This document shows, piece after piece, positions 8,898 through 17,499 of a stretch of DNA of 64,000 nucleotides. Source of the DNA: an uncultured Gemmatimonadaceae bacterium (lineage in GTDB: Bacteria > Gemmatimonadota > Gemmatimonadetes > Gemmatimonadales > GWC2-71-9). Positions within the stretch are counted from its first letter, which is position 1. The number at the start of each line of letters is the position of its first letter. Made by a program: the position numbers and the translations under genes. The notes beneath the pieces are model-generated. The model made no database searches and was not told the DNA's origin. It saw only the letters and a program-made list of their open reading frames with translations. The stretch is from contig CAZTIV010000007.1 in assembly GCA_964613905.1 (NCBI GenBank), positions 312-64,311 on the forward strand, given 5' to 3'.

Positions 8898-9370
8898 CGC
8901 TCTCGCACCTGGATCGCGACGGTCGCCCGAGAATGGTAGACGTGTCGCACAAGTCCGAGAGCGACCGCCGGGCAGTAGCGGAGGGGACAATACTCATGTC
9001 AGCCGCTGCTCTAGCTGCGATTGAAGGAAACTCAGGTCCCAAAGGGAACGTACTGGCTACTGCCGAACTGGCAGGGACAATGGCTGCCAAGAGGACACCG
9101 GAGCTTATACCGCTGTGTCACGCTCTCCCGCTCGCGCAGGTGGAGGTCACGGCGGCGCTGGACCGGGAATTGCTAGGTATAAGAGTAAAGGCCACGGTCA
9201 GGGCTACGGCCAGGACCGGGGTGGAAATGGAAGCCCTTACGGCCGTTGCAGTTGCGTTGCTTACGGTGTACGACATGGCCAAGGGCGTTGATAAGGAGAT
9301 GACCATCGGTCCTATCGTTCTACTTGAAAAGCACGGTGGAACGTCAGGAACATGGGAAAGGAGTACATAG
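8894..9370 (+). CDS. moaC: Cyclic pyranopterin monophosphate synthase
   Basis: LSHLDRDGRPRMVDVSHKSESDRRAVAEG...KGNVLATAELAGTMAAKRTPELIPLCHALPL...TGVEMEALTAVAVALLTVYDMAK. ATGA overlap with holB. Confidence 0.92.
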   Translation: MTLSHLDRDGRPRMVDVSHKSESDRRAVAEGTILMSAAALAAIEGNSGPKGNVLATAELAGTMAAKRTPELIPLCHALPLAQVEVTAALDRELLGIRVKATVRATARTGVEMEALTAVAVALLTVYDMAKGVDKEMTIGPIVLLEKHGGTSGTWERST

Positions 9371-9372
9371 AT

Positions 9373-10044
9373 ATGCCTGAACTTCAACACTCGCAGCGCA
9401 CACTGTTGGGCGGACTCGGCCTGGTAGCCGTGCTGGCCGCCAGCGGAGCGGCCATAGGGTCGGGCGCGCGGACGGCAGCCGCCGGAGACGAGTATGCGCC
9501 ATACACCGGCACCGCTGTAACTCGGGAAATCACCCGTCTCAACCGGTCGCTGGACCGCACCTCGGGAGAGCTGGAACTGGCTCAGATAGAGCTCCAGCGC
9601 GCCCGAGCGCTGCTGCATTATTCGTCGGAATACGGCATTCCAGCTGATCTCGCCGCCCGCATATACGATGCGGCCGTGCGCGTGGGCCTGGATACGGATC
9701 TGGCTTTCCGCCTGGTGAAGATCGAGAGCAACTTCAAGGCGAACGCCCGCAGTCGGGTGGGTGCCATAGGGCTGGCTCAGGTCATGCTCCGGACCGCGGC
9801 CTACTACGATCCCGACATCACCGAACAGCAGTTGGAAGACCCCGACGTGAACCTGCGCATAGGATTCCAGTTCCTGAACGATCTGCTGGCCAGGTTTGAC
9901 GGAGACCTGAGACTGGCTTTGCTGGCGTACAACCGGGGTCCCACGCGGGTTGACGAGCTACTGGCTCAGGGACGCGACCCGAGGAACGGTTACGCTACGG
10001 CCGTGGCCGGCACGTCTCGGCGGGTGGGACCTTCGCTACCTTGA
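9373..10044 (+). CDS. Lytic transglycosylase (SLT domain) protein
   Basis: ORF 9352..10044. AAGGAG RBS before ATG 9373. N-terminal TM/signal segment. IESNFKANARSRVGAIGLAQVM ... LLAYNRGPTRV. Confidence 0.8.
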   Translation: MPELQHSQRTLLGGLGLVAVLAASGAAIGSGARTAAAGDEYAPYTGTAVTREITRLNRSLDRTSGELELAQIELQRARALLHYSSEYGIPADLAARIYDAAVRVGLDTDLAFRLVKIESNFKANARSRVGAIGLAQVMLRTAAYYDPDITEQQLEDPDVNLRIGFQFLNDLLARFDGDLRLALLAYNRGPTRVDELLAQGRDPRNGYATAVAGTSRRVGPSLP

Positions 10045-11538
10045 CGCGCGGCTGGGCGACGGGGCCCTGACCACGAGCCGCTGACCGACCCTGATCATAT
10101 CGTCCCCCCCCAATCCGTTCCACGTGCGGAGGTTGGCGATCGTGACGCCATAACGCTGCGAAATACTCCACAGCGACTCGCCCTGCCTCACAACGTGCCT
10201 TCCGCCGACAGGTACGGCTGCGCTGGGGGCTGGAGCAGGAGCCCTTCTCACTGACGCCGCACCTCGTGCGGCCTGGCTTATGGGCACCACCAGTCGCTGG
10301 CCGATCCTGAGGCGCAGAGGCTGCACCCCGGGATTCGCCGCCGTAAGCAGTGGCACGGTAACGCCGTACCTCTGCGCGATGAGCGAAAGCGATTCCCCAC
10401 CCTGCACGACGTGCTCAACGAAAGACACTCGCTCGTTGGGGGGCAGTTCCGCCCAGCGCTGTGCGACTTCCGCTCCGCTGCCGCGGGGCACCCGCACCAC
10501 TACCGTACGATTGGGAGGTGTCACCCCGCGTATGAACTGCGGGTTCAGTTCGGCGAGCGCCCGAGCGGTCGTACCTGCAAGACGCGCGATGACGTCGAGC
10601 CCGGTGGCATCGGTGACCGTGATCTCGTCAAAGACAAACGGATCCAGCAGCGGTACGATGTCGAAGCCGAATCGCTCCGGCTCCTTGGCGATCAGAGCTG
10701 CGGCAATAAGCTTGGGTACGTAGTCCCGCGTCTCCAGCCTGAGATAGCGTTGTTCGTACAACCGGAAGAACGTGTTGTCGCTCAGAGATTCGGGCCGTCC
10801 TGGCAACCGCTGGATCCCGCGCGATACTCTGCCGGCCCCCGCGTTGTACGCAGCCGCGGCCAGGTACCACGACCCGAAACGATCGTTCAGGTCGGACAGA
10901 TGGCGGGCCGCTGCGTCTGTTGCCTTGAACGGATCGCGCCGTTCGTCCACCCAGGTATCTACATGCAGCCCGTAGCCGCGGCCGGTATTGATCATGAACT
11001 GCCACATCCCTACGGCCTGTGCACGCGAAACCGCGGTGTTGGAGTAGCCGCTCTCTATCAGAGCGAGGTAGACCATGTCTTCGGGGACGCCGCGCAGCCT
11101 CAGGTGCTGGCGGATCATTCCGTCGTAACGGTGGAGGCGGCCCAGCCAGATGGTGAACCGGTCGCGCGCCGGCCCGAGGAAGAAATCCACGTAATACTGG
11201 ACGCGGGCGTGGTTGGCGAAACTTGCCACGTCGATATCGTAGATGGGTCCGGCCGCACTTGCGGCACCGCCCCGGGACGACCCGAACAGCCGCGCGGTCT
11301 CTTCGCCAATCTGAGCGGCCGTAACCAGCGGCGGCGTTACCTGTCCGCGGACGCGATCCGCCCGGCGATCCAGGCTGCGGAACTCAAGCGCATCCAGCGC
11401 AAACAGAACTTCCTGGTCAGCCAGCGAGTCGTCCGGAGCGACGGCAAATACAGTTGCGCGCGCGCCGGGCGCAGGCTGCACAACGGTCTCTGAACGAGAC
11501 GGTGCGCAACCCGCGAGGACCGCTGCAGCCGACAACAA
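10036..11538 (-). CDS. mltD: Membrane-bound lytic murein transglycosylase D-like lipoprotein with two LysM domains
   Basis: Lipobox LAGC. LALIESGYSNTAVSRAQAVGMWQFM, AAAAYNAGAGRV. Two C-terminal LysM units (HVVQGGESLSLIAQRYGVT..., HVVRQGESLWSISQRYGVT...). Confidence 0.85.
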   Translation of the reverse strand: MLSAAAVLAGCAPSRSETVVQPAPGARATVFAVAPDDSLADQEVLFALDALEFRSLDRRADRVRGQVTPPLVTAAQIGEETARLFGSSRGGAASAAGPIYDIDVASFANHARVQYYVDFFLGPARDRFTIWLGRLHRYDGMIRQHLRLRGVPEDMVYLALIESGYSNTAVSRAQAVGMWQFMINTGRGYGLHVDTWVDERRDPFKATDAAARHLSDLNDRFGSWYLAAAAYNAGAGRVSRGIQRLPGRPESLSDNTFFRLYEQRYLRLETRDYVPKLIAAALIAKEPERFGFDIVPLLDPFVFDEITVTDATGLDVIARLAGTTARALAELNPQFIRGVTPPNRTVVVRVPRGSGAEVAQRWAELPPNERVSFVEHVVQGGESLSLIAQRYGVTVPLLTAANPGVQPLRLRIGQRLVVPISQAARGAASVRRAPAPAPSAAVPVGGRHVVRQGESLWSISQRYGVTIANLRTWNGLGGDDMIRVGQRLVVRAPSPSRASR

Positions 11539-11574
11539 TGCTATGCCTCGAATACCTGCCCCCTGCGTCGGTTC

Positions 11575-11997
11575 TCAGACATCCCTTGCAAAAACGTTGC
11601 CCAGAAGGCGGTTGGTGGCATTCAGGACCGCCACAGCCGCGCCCCGCGGCACATCCGACCCGGCCAGATACGACCCCACCAACCGCTTCGAAGTTCCCTC
11701 GTCCTGCGCGGCTATGGACACTATCACGACCATGGCGTCGAAAGCCCTCACCGCCCGCACACCGATCAACTCGAACTGGATCCGCCCTTCAACCGCCTGC
11801 GAAATTGCCTCGAGCGATGCCTGCGCTGCGCATCTGAGCTCCCCAGTCTCTCCTCCCAGACCATCCGCTGTACCGACGTACTGCCGGGAAGGATTCCATT
11901 CGAGCGCAATCCGCGCCCGGCACGACCCGTTGGCCTGCCTGTGGAGTTCGAAACCCACCACCCGCAGTCGTTCCCGGACGAGCAGGTCGTCAGCCAT
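11575..11997 (-). CDS. Hypothetical protein (140 aa) with internal two-fold repeat
   Basis: High GC3 in this frame. The two halves share the pattern beta-rich segment, then (Y/L)VG(T/S)...G..., then AAxAxLxA helix. I recognise no family. Confidence 0.55.
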   Translation of the reverse strand: MADDLLVRERLRVVGFELHRQANGSCRARIALEWNPSRQYVGTADGLGGETGELRCAAQASLEAISQAVEGRIQFELIGVRAVRAFDAMVVIVSIAAQDEGTSKRLVGSYLAGSDVPRGAAVAVLNATNRLLGNVFARDV

Positions 11998-12011
11998 GGT
12001 TGACTCCCGAG

Positions 12012-12266
12012 CTAATCGGCCCCGTCAAAAGGCACTTCCAGTTGCCCCTGTGGAGTAACCTCGGCTGCCCGGAGCAGGTCAGCATCCAGTCGCGGTTTAC
12101 CGGACTCATCCAGCATGACCGAAATCAGCAGGATCTGGCCTCCATCCAGCGTGAGCCTCAACTGACGACAGTCCGCCCGCAAGACCACGTCCTGAACCAC
12201 GCGATCTCTGAGCTGATCAACAGCATCGGCAATCCGACGCAGGTCGTGGACGGACGCGATAGGCAT
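12012..12266 (-). CDS. Hypothetical small protein (84 aa from internal ATG)
   Basis: ORF 12012..12311. Start placed at MPIASVHDL (12266), 16 nt after the upstream ORF stop. No recognisable family. Confidence 0.4.
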   Translation of the reverse strand: MPIASVHDLRRIADAVDQLRDRVVQDVVLRADCRQLRLTLDGGQILLISVMLDESGKPRLDADLLRAAEVTPQGQLEVPFDGAD

Positions 12267-12282
12267 GACGGGTGCCGGCTGA

Positions 12283-12528
12283 CTACGGCCGGTGTTGCGT
12301 GAGGACCTCACGCAGGGCGTCGTCGGTGATTCTCTCGGCCTGCATGAAGAGCGAGGACTTTGACGTGGCCTCCAGGGGATACGGCGCCCAGAAAGACCTG
12401 GGTTCGCGGCTCGATTCCCGCGCCCGGAAAGACAGCATCAGCTGCCACACCGACTGATTGGCCCGCCGCTCGGCGGCGGGGTGAACATGCCATACTTCGT
12501 CTTCTCGCGAGATTACTCGCCAGGCCAT
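12283..12528 (-). CDS. Hypothetical small protein (81 aa from internal ATG)
   Basis: ORF 12283..12573. Start placed at MAWRVISREDEVWHVHP. Same strand and close spacing with the two ORFs downstream. Confidence 0.35.
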   Translation of the reverse strand: MAWRVISREDEVWHVHPAAERRANQSVWQLMLSFRARESSREPRSFWAPYPLEATSKSSLFMQAERITDDALREVLTQHRP

Positions 12529-12667
12529 TGACCACTCCAGACAGCCACAGTGTCGGCGTTCGTGCGGGAACATCCAATATGGGCGCCTGCCGCGGAACGG
12601 GTCAAGTGAGCCAAGTCACGAAACTTTCCCCGGCGCCGCCCGTCCGTATACTCGAGAGGGGGGTCAT

Positions 12668-12946
12668 ATGCTGGAATTCATTCTGCTGGTTGGCACCGGC
12701 GCGGTTACACTGGCCGGATATCTCAGGTCACGCCAGTACGTCAGACACCGTCTGCGGTTCGTCGATGCGGTTCACGCTCCGGCGGCTCCCATTGTGGCGG
12801 GAGCAGTCGCGGCGCTTGCGGCGGCACCGGTCGTTTGGTTGCTACCCGTGGTAGGTGCACCTACCGCCATCATATTCGGGCTGGGCGTGGGAGCAGGCGT
12901 GTTGCACGGAGCGCGGGATGTGCGGAAACAGCTGCCTCCGGGCTGA
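12668..12946 (+). CDS. Hypothetical small membrane protein
   Basis: 92 aa with three hydrophobic Ala/Gly/Val-rich segments. GAGGGGGG lies upstream of the ATG. Confidence 0.35.
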   Translation: MLEFILLVGTGAVTLAGYLRSRQYVRHRLRFVDAVHAPAAPIVAGAVAALAAAPVVWLLPVVGAPTAIIFGLGVGAGVLHGARDVRKQLPPG

Positions 12947-12952
12947 CGCCCG

Positions 12953-13714
12953 TCAGGTAGCGGCCGTGACCTTTCCACCGGTCTCGAGTTGCACGGCAAA
13001 ATCGTCGGGCAGCTCGCTCTCGCGCACTCCACGAAGGGCACGGTCAAGGTCGTATTCCACGCGATGGAACCGGATCTCCGGTTCGCCTCCACCCGCGGCA
13101 ACCGTCACGTAACAGGCTCTGGGATCCCCGTCCTTGGGACGTCCCGCCGAGCCGGCGTTTACGAAATGGATCCCTTCAACGCCGCGGTGCCACGGCTTGT
13201 GAGTGTGCCCGAAAGCGATGATGTCACCGGCGCGCGCGCCGGCTACGTTCGCCATCTGGGTGCAGAACCTGTCAGGACGATCTTCGGTCCAGTAAACGGT
13301 GTTCAACGTTGGAGTGCCGTGGACCAGGATGAGCGTGGGGCCCGCCGCGTGTCCGCCGCTAAACCGGAGATCGATCCGGAACGGCAACGCCCCCAGCCTT
13401 CGCTTCGTTTCGTCTGACGTGTGTTCCAGTGTCCAGGCGTAACTCACGTGCGACAGCTCTTCCTGTCGTGGATCTTCGTACTTGCAGCCGCAGTGCTTGT
13501 ACCGCGTCGCAACCGTGGAGTCGTAGTTGCCGGCAACTCCCTGGATGTTTCGCTCGGCCAGAAGCGCAACTGTTTCGTCGGGCCAGGGGGCATAGCCCAC
13601 GAGATCGCCCAGGTGATACACACCGTCAACGTCCGAGCGCGCGTCCAGCTCGGCCAGCACGGCTTCGAGGGCAGGTAGATTCGCGTGAATGTCGGCTATG
13701 AGTGCGTAGCGCAT
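12953..13714 (-). CDS. Metallophosphoesterase family protein (YfcE/MPP superfamily)
   Basis: MRYALIADIHANLPALEAVL (D-x-H), VYHLGDLVGY (GD), GNYD, FGHTHKPW (GHTH). Confidence 0.8.
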   Translation of the reverse strand: MRYALIADIHANLPALEAVLAELDARSDVDGVYHLGDLVGYAPWPDETVALLAERNIQGVAGNYDSTVATRYKHCGCKYEDPRQEELSHVSYAWTLEHTSDETKRRLGALPFRIDLRFSGGHAAGPTLILVHGTPTLNTVYWTEDRPDRFCTQMANVAGARAGDIIAFGHTHKPWHRGVEGIHFVNAGSAGRPKDGDPRACYVTVAAGGGEPEIRFHRVEYDLDRALRGVRESELPDDFAVQLETGGKVTAAT

Positions 13715-13717
13715 GAG

Positions 13718-13790
<73 letters not shown>

Positions 13791-13853
13791 CGTACGCTCT
13801 GAAAGGTCGCGGCCCGGCGCACCGTACACAAGCAGCTCATATACTTTACGACC

Positions 13854-14366
13854 ATGAATCACGAGAATCTCGGCCCTGATGGCCGCTATCACACCCGCCG
13901 TCTGGAGCCGCCCGATCTGCGAAACCTCCAGGCGCTGTTCGAGCGAGCAGCCGATTACTTCGAAATGACCACCGGCAACCCGCCCGCCCCGGATGAAGCA
14001 CCCCGCGCCTTCGTGGCCGGTCCACCTGCCAGGAGTGTCAACGACAAGCGCACGATCGGCGTGCTGCACCTCGATGAGCTGGTGGGCGTGCTCGACGCCA
14101 TCACCGACTGGCCGGAAGACGGAATCTGGACGGTCGGCATGCTCCTACTCGACCCGGCGCACCGTGGCGCGGGACTCGGCAGCTCCATCCTCCCGGCCTT
14201 CGAGGAATGGGCGTTCTCCCAGGGGGCAACGAGGCTTCGCACCGCTCTGGTTTCGCACCACGACGCGGGTCTCCGCTTCCTCGAGCAACACGGCTACGCA
14301 GTCGTTTCCGGAGGCACCCCCACCGTCACTTTCCTCGAAAAAACGCTCTCCCCCAGAGGGAGGTAG
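13854..14366 (+). CDS. GNAT family N-acetyltransferase
   Basis: LLLDPAHRGAGLGSSILPAFEEWAFSQGATRLRTALVSHHDAGLRFLEQHGY, an acetyl-CoA-binding R/Q-x-x-G-x-G/A motif. Confidence 0.7.
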   Translation: MNHENLGPDGRYHTRRLEPPDLRNLQALFERAADYFEMTTGNPPAPDEAPRAFVAGPPARSVNDKRTIGVLHLDELVGVLDAITDWPEDGIWTVGMLLLDPAHRGAGLGSSILPAFEEWAFSQGATRLRTALVSHHDAGLRFLEQHGYAVVSGGTPTVTFLEKTLSPRGR

Positions 14367-14408
14367 GGCGGCCTCAGAGGGAAAAACCCCTTGTCCCAGA
14401 GGGAAAAA
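14354..14408 (+). repeat. Three phased direct repeats CAGAGGGA(AAAA) upstream of the SWIB gene
   Basis: Copies start at 14354, 14375 and 14397 (21- and 22-bp spacing). The last two are identical over 12 nt (CAGAGGGAAAAA). Confidence 0.6.
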
Positions 14409-14472
14409 GCCTTACTTTGGGAGCCAGTACGGGGCTGGTTGTCGCTGTTCTACACCCTTTTCCGAGGTGAAC

Positions 14473-14829
14473 ATGGCAGCCAAGAAGAAGAAGGCCAAGC
14501 GCGCCAAGAAAGCCACGAAGCGCAAAGCCGCCAGGCGGAAACCGGCCAGGAAAAAGGCCGCGAAGAAGAAGTCGAAGCGCAAACCTAACGCGGCCTTCAT
14601 GAGGCCGGTCCAACCGGACGCCGCGCTCTCGGCAGTGGTAGGCAGCAAGCCGATCCCGCGCACCGAACTCACCAAGAAGCTCTGGCAGTACATCAAACGT
14701 AACGGCCTGCAGGACAGGAAGAACCGCCGGATGATCAACGCCGACGCGGCACTGCGTCCGGTGTTCGGTGGCAAGAGTCAGGTGAGCATGTTCGAGATGA
14801 CGAAACTGGTCAACCGCCACGTACGCTAG
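14473..14829 (+). CDS. SWIB/MDM2 domain protein with Lys-rich N-terminal tail
   Basis: In-frame inside ORF 13993..14829. MAAKKKKAKRAKKATKRKAARRKPARKKAAKKKSKRK is followed by PDAALSAVVGSKPIPRTELTKKLWQYIKRNGLQD...INADAALRPVFG...VSMFEMTKLV. Confidence 0.75.
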   Translation: MAAKKKKAKRAKKATKRKAARRKPARKKAAKKKSKRKPNAAFMRPVQPDAALSAVVGSKPIPRTELTKKLWQYIKRNGLQDRKNRRMINADAALRPVFGGKSQVSMFEMTKLVNRHVR

Positions 14830-14896
14830 CTCCAGGCGGAGCAGGACGACCAGCAGCAACAGAACGGGCATTAACCTCGCAGTACCAGCCCCAACC

Positions 14897-14923
14897 GGGG
14901 GGCCGGCGCGCTCGCCGGCCCCC
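14897..14923. terminator. GC hairpin between the convergent SWIB gene and rnhB
   Basis: GGGGGGCCGGCG cgct CGCCGGCCCCC, stem of at least 10 bp with a 4-nt loop. Confidence 0.55.
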
Positions 14924-14943
14924 AAGCGGCCCCCCGTAATCGG

Positions 14944-15561
14944 CTACCAGAAAGACAGCGTAACCACCGGAGCAAAGCTCCTGCGATGATGCGGAGTTGG
15001 TCCGACCTGATCCAGTGCCGCCATATGCTCTCGCGTTCCATAACCCTTGTTGCTCTCCCAGGCAAACTGCGGGTAACGCAGGGCGAGTCGCTGCATGAGC
15101 CGATCCCGCACCACCTTGGCAAGGATCGATGCCGCAGCTATGGAGAGCGAGCGAGCGTCCCCGTCAACCATCGCTTCGTGATCGCGGCCCAGTTCGTGGA
15201 GCGGCGTACCATCAAGAAGTACATGCTCCGGAGGAACTCTCAGACGTGTGAGCGCGCGACGCATCGCCAGCGCGGTTGCCCGCCGGATGTTGAGCCGGTC
15301 GATCTCCCGCACCGAAGCCGCCGCCACCGCCCACGCCAGCGCCTTCCTCTGAACGACAACGGCGGCCGCTTCCCGCTCGGCCGCCGTCAACAGTTTCGAA
15401 TCCGTCACCCCGGGGAGACGCGCACGTTCGGGGGTGAGTATCACCGCCGCCGCGAGCACGGGACCCGCCAGCGGGCCCCTGCCTGCCTCATCAACTCCCG
15501 CGACAAGCCGACACCCCTCCGCCCACAACTTCCGTTCCCGGCGGAGCGAGGGGCGTCCCAC
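14944..15561 (-). CDS. rnhB: Ribonuclease HII
   Basis: ORF 14944..15711. Start placed at GTG 15561, one nt after the rplS stop. LVAGVDEAGRGPLAGPVLAAAVIL, DSKLLT. Confidence 0.85.
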   Translation of the reverse strand: MGRPSLRRERKLWAEGCRLVAGVDEAGRGPLAGPVLAAAVILTPERARLPGVTDSKLLTAAEREAAAVVVQRKALAWAVAAASVREIDRLNIRRATALAMRRALTRLRVPPEHVLLDGTPLHELGRDHEAMVDGDARSLSIAAASILAKVVRDRLMQRLALRYPQFAWESNKGYGTREHMAALDQVGPTPHHRRSFAPVVTLSFW

Positions 15562-15562
15562 C

Positions 15563-15910
15563 TTACAGCTCGCGCTTCTCCCGGATGCGCGCCGCCTTGC
15601 CCGACAGGTTGCGGAGATAGTACAGCTTCGCGCGACGTACCCGGCCCCGCCGGACAACCTCGATCCCCGCAATCGCGGGAGCATGGAGCGGGAAGATCCG
15701 CTCCACACCAACCCCCGCCGACACCTTGCGAACCGTGAACGTTTCCGAGATTCCCGCCCCCCGCCGCCCTATGCAGACTCCTTCGAACGCCTGCAACCGC
15801 TCCTTGTCACCCTCGCGGACACGTACCTGCACCCGCAGCGTGTCCCCGGGGAAGAACTCCGGCAGATCCGTGCGAAGCCCTTCACGCTGTAACGTCGTCA
15901 TCTTGCTCAT
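15563..15910 (-). CDS. rplS: 50S ribosomal protein L19
   Basis: [47 protein letters not shown]...[16 protein letters not shown]...[14 protein letters not shown]. Confidence 0.95.
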   Translation of the reverse strand: MSKMTTLQREGLRTDLPEFFPGDTLRVQVRVREGDKERLQAFEGVCIGRRGAGISETFTVRKVSAGVGVERIFPLHAPAIAGIEVVRRGRVRRAKLYYLRNLSGKAARIREKREL

Positions 15911-15923
15911 CACCGTATCCTTG

Positions 15924-16631
15924 TCAGTCGGTCCGCTCGCCGGACCCATGTTCCGCCCCATACCGGGCCCAGAGATCGGGCCGCCGGATCTTCGTCAACC
16001 GCTCCGCCTCCGCCTTCCGCCACGCGGCAATCCTGGCGTGGTCACCACCCAACAATACCTCAGGTACCTCGAGCCCGCGATATACCGGCGGTCGCGTGTA
16101 GCTGGGCGGGCTGAGCAGCCCGTCGTAATATGAATCGGACGCCGCCGACTCGTGATCGCCCAGCGCTCCGGGCAGCAACCGCACGACCGCGTCCATGACG
16201 CAGAGCGCCGGAAATTCGCCTCCGGAAAGCACCACGTCTCCGATGGACCACTCCTCCACGCCCGCCCGCTCGGCCACCCGCTGATCCACGTCCTTGTAAT
16301 GACCACAGAGCAGCGTAACGTCTTCAGCGAGACCAAGCCGGACAGCATCCTCATGCCGGAACAGCTTCCCGCGTGCCGAAAGCAGCAGCACCGGACCGGC
16401 GGGCTCGAGATCGTCCAGCGCCTCGTAGAACGGCTCCGGCTTGAGCACCATCCCGGCCCCGCCCCCGTAGGCATAATCGTCAACCGTCTGGTGACGGTCG
16501 TGCGTGTAGTTCCTGAGTTGTACCACACGGTACTCCACCAGGCCCTTCCGTGCCGCCCGCCCCATGATGCTCGTTTCGCACGGCACCCGGAACATCTCCG
16601 GAAACAGCGTCACGACCGTGATCTTCAGCAC
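15924..16631 (-). CDS. trmD: tRNA (guanine37-N1)-methyltransferase
   Basis: [14 protein letters not shown]...[18 protein letters not shown]...VLSGGEFPA. Confidence 0.95.
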   Translation of the reverse strand: MLKITVVTLFPEMFRVPCETSIMGRAARKGLVEYRVVQLRNYTHDRHQTVDDYAYGGGAGMVLKPEPFYEALDDLEPAGPVLLLSARGKLFRHEDAVRLGLAEDVTLLCGHYKDVDQRVAERAGVEEWSIGDVVLSGGEFPALCVMDAVVRLLPGALGDHESAASDSYYDGLLSPPSYTRPPVYRGLEVPEVLLGGDHARIAAWRKAEAERLTKIRRPDLWARYGAEHGSGERTD

Positions 16632-16635
16632 GGTC

Positions 16636-17157
16636 TCACAGATCGAGCAACCCGGCCGGCGGATCGATCTCTATCACTCTCCGCTCGCGGCTCAGTCCCA
16701 CCAGAATCGGCGGCCTGAACGGGATCAGGTGCTCGCGCTCGTGACCGTCCACCACCAGCACGTCTCCCGCTGGCGTCGCTACCAGTTCCCGCGCGGTTCC
16801 AATCACCGCTCCGTTCGCCACCACCTCGGCACCCGGAATCTCGTGGGCGTACATCTCGTCATTTCTGATCGGCTTCAGCTGCTCGACCGGCACCCCAAGC
16901 GCCACATCCCGAAGCCCCTCGACGTCCTCCCGCCGGTCCAGATGCGCAAACTTGAGCAGCCAACGACGGTGGTACGCCCGCCCACGTTCCAACACCAACG
17001 GGGTACCCGTGGGCCGGCCGTCGTCATCCAGCGGTAACAATTCCCGGCCCGGCACGAACACCATCTCAGGCTCGTCGGTCAGGACGAAGACAATGGCCTC
17101 CCCCTTGAGCCCGTGCGGCTTCTGGAAGCGCGCCACCGCAAGGCAGGGCGCCTCCAC
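16636..17157 (-). CDS. rimM: 16S rRNA processing protein RimM
   Basis: LAVARFQKPHGLKGEAIV, PRC-barrel-like C-terminus, and the rpsP-rimM-trmD-rplS context. Confidence 0.88.
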   Translation of the reverse strand: MEAPCLAVARFQKPHGLKGEAIVFVLTDEPEMVFVPGRELLPLDDDGRPTGTPLVLERGRAYHRRWLLKFAHLDRREDVEGLRDVALGVPVEQLKPIRNDEMYAHEIPGAEVVANGAVIGTARELVATPAGDVLVVDGHEREHLIPFRPPILVGLSRERRVIEIDPPAGLLDL

Positions 17158-17166
17158 CGCCTCCCC

Positions 17167-17478
17167 CTAGCCTTCCGTGGGAGGGGTGGCAGGAACGTCA
17201 GGAGCAGCAGCCGCGGCTCCCGCCGCCGTTGCCTCCGCGAACACTCCAGCCTTCTTGAGCAGCGATCGGACGGTGTCGGACGGCGTGGCGCCCTTCGCAA
17301 GCCACTGCCTGGCCTTGTCCCGATCAACCGAGATCACCGGTGGATTGACCCGTGGGTTGTAATGCCCCAGAGTCTCCACAAACCGGCCGTCACGCGCTGA
17401 CGTACTTTCCGCCACCACGATGCGGTACTCGGGCTGCTTCTTGCGCCCCACCCGACGCAATCGGATACGAATTGCCAT
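17167..17478 (-). CDS. rpsP: 30S ribosomal protein S16
   Basis: MAIRIRLRRVGRKKQPEYRIVVAESTSARDGRFVETLGHYNP. Confidence 0.95.
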   Translation of the reverse strand: MAIRIRLRRVGRKKQPEYRIVVAESTSARDGRFVETLGHYNPRVNPPVISVDRDKARQWLAKGATPSDTVRSLLKKAGVFAEATAAGAAAAAPDVPATPPTEG

Positions 17479-17499
17479 GTGTCGTTCTCGTTTCCCACC

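Noticed and set aside
10411-11493. 360-aa plus-strand ORF opposite the MltD-like gene
   Set aside because: The minus-strand frame carries SLT and LysM motifs, while the plus frame has none.
13993-14472. Upstream extension of the SWIB ORF (278 aa in the track)
   Set aside because: The extension overlaps the GNAT gene out of frame and is Ser/Arg/Pro-rich. The ATG at 14473 has an RBS and starts the Lys-rich tail.
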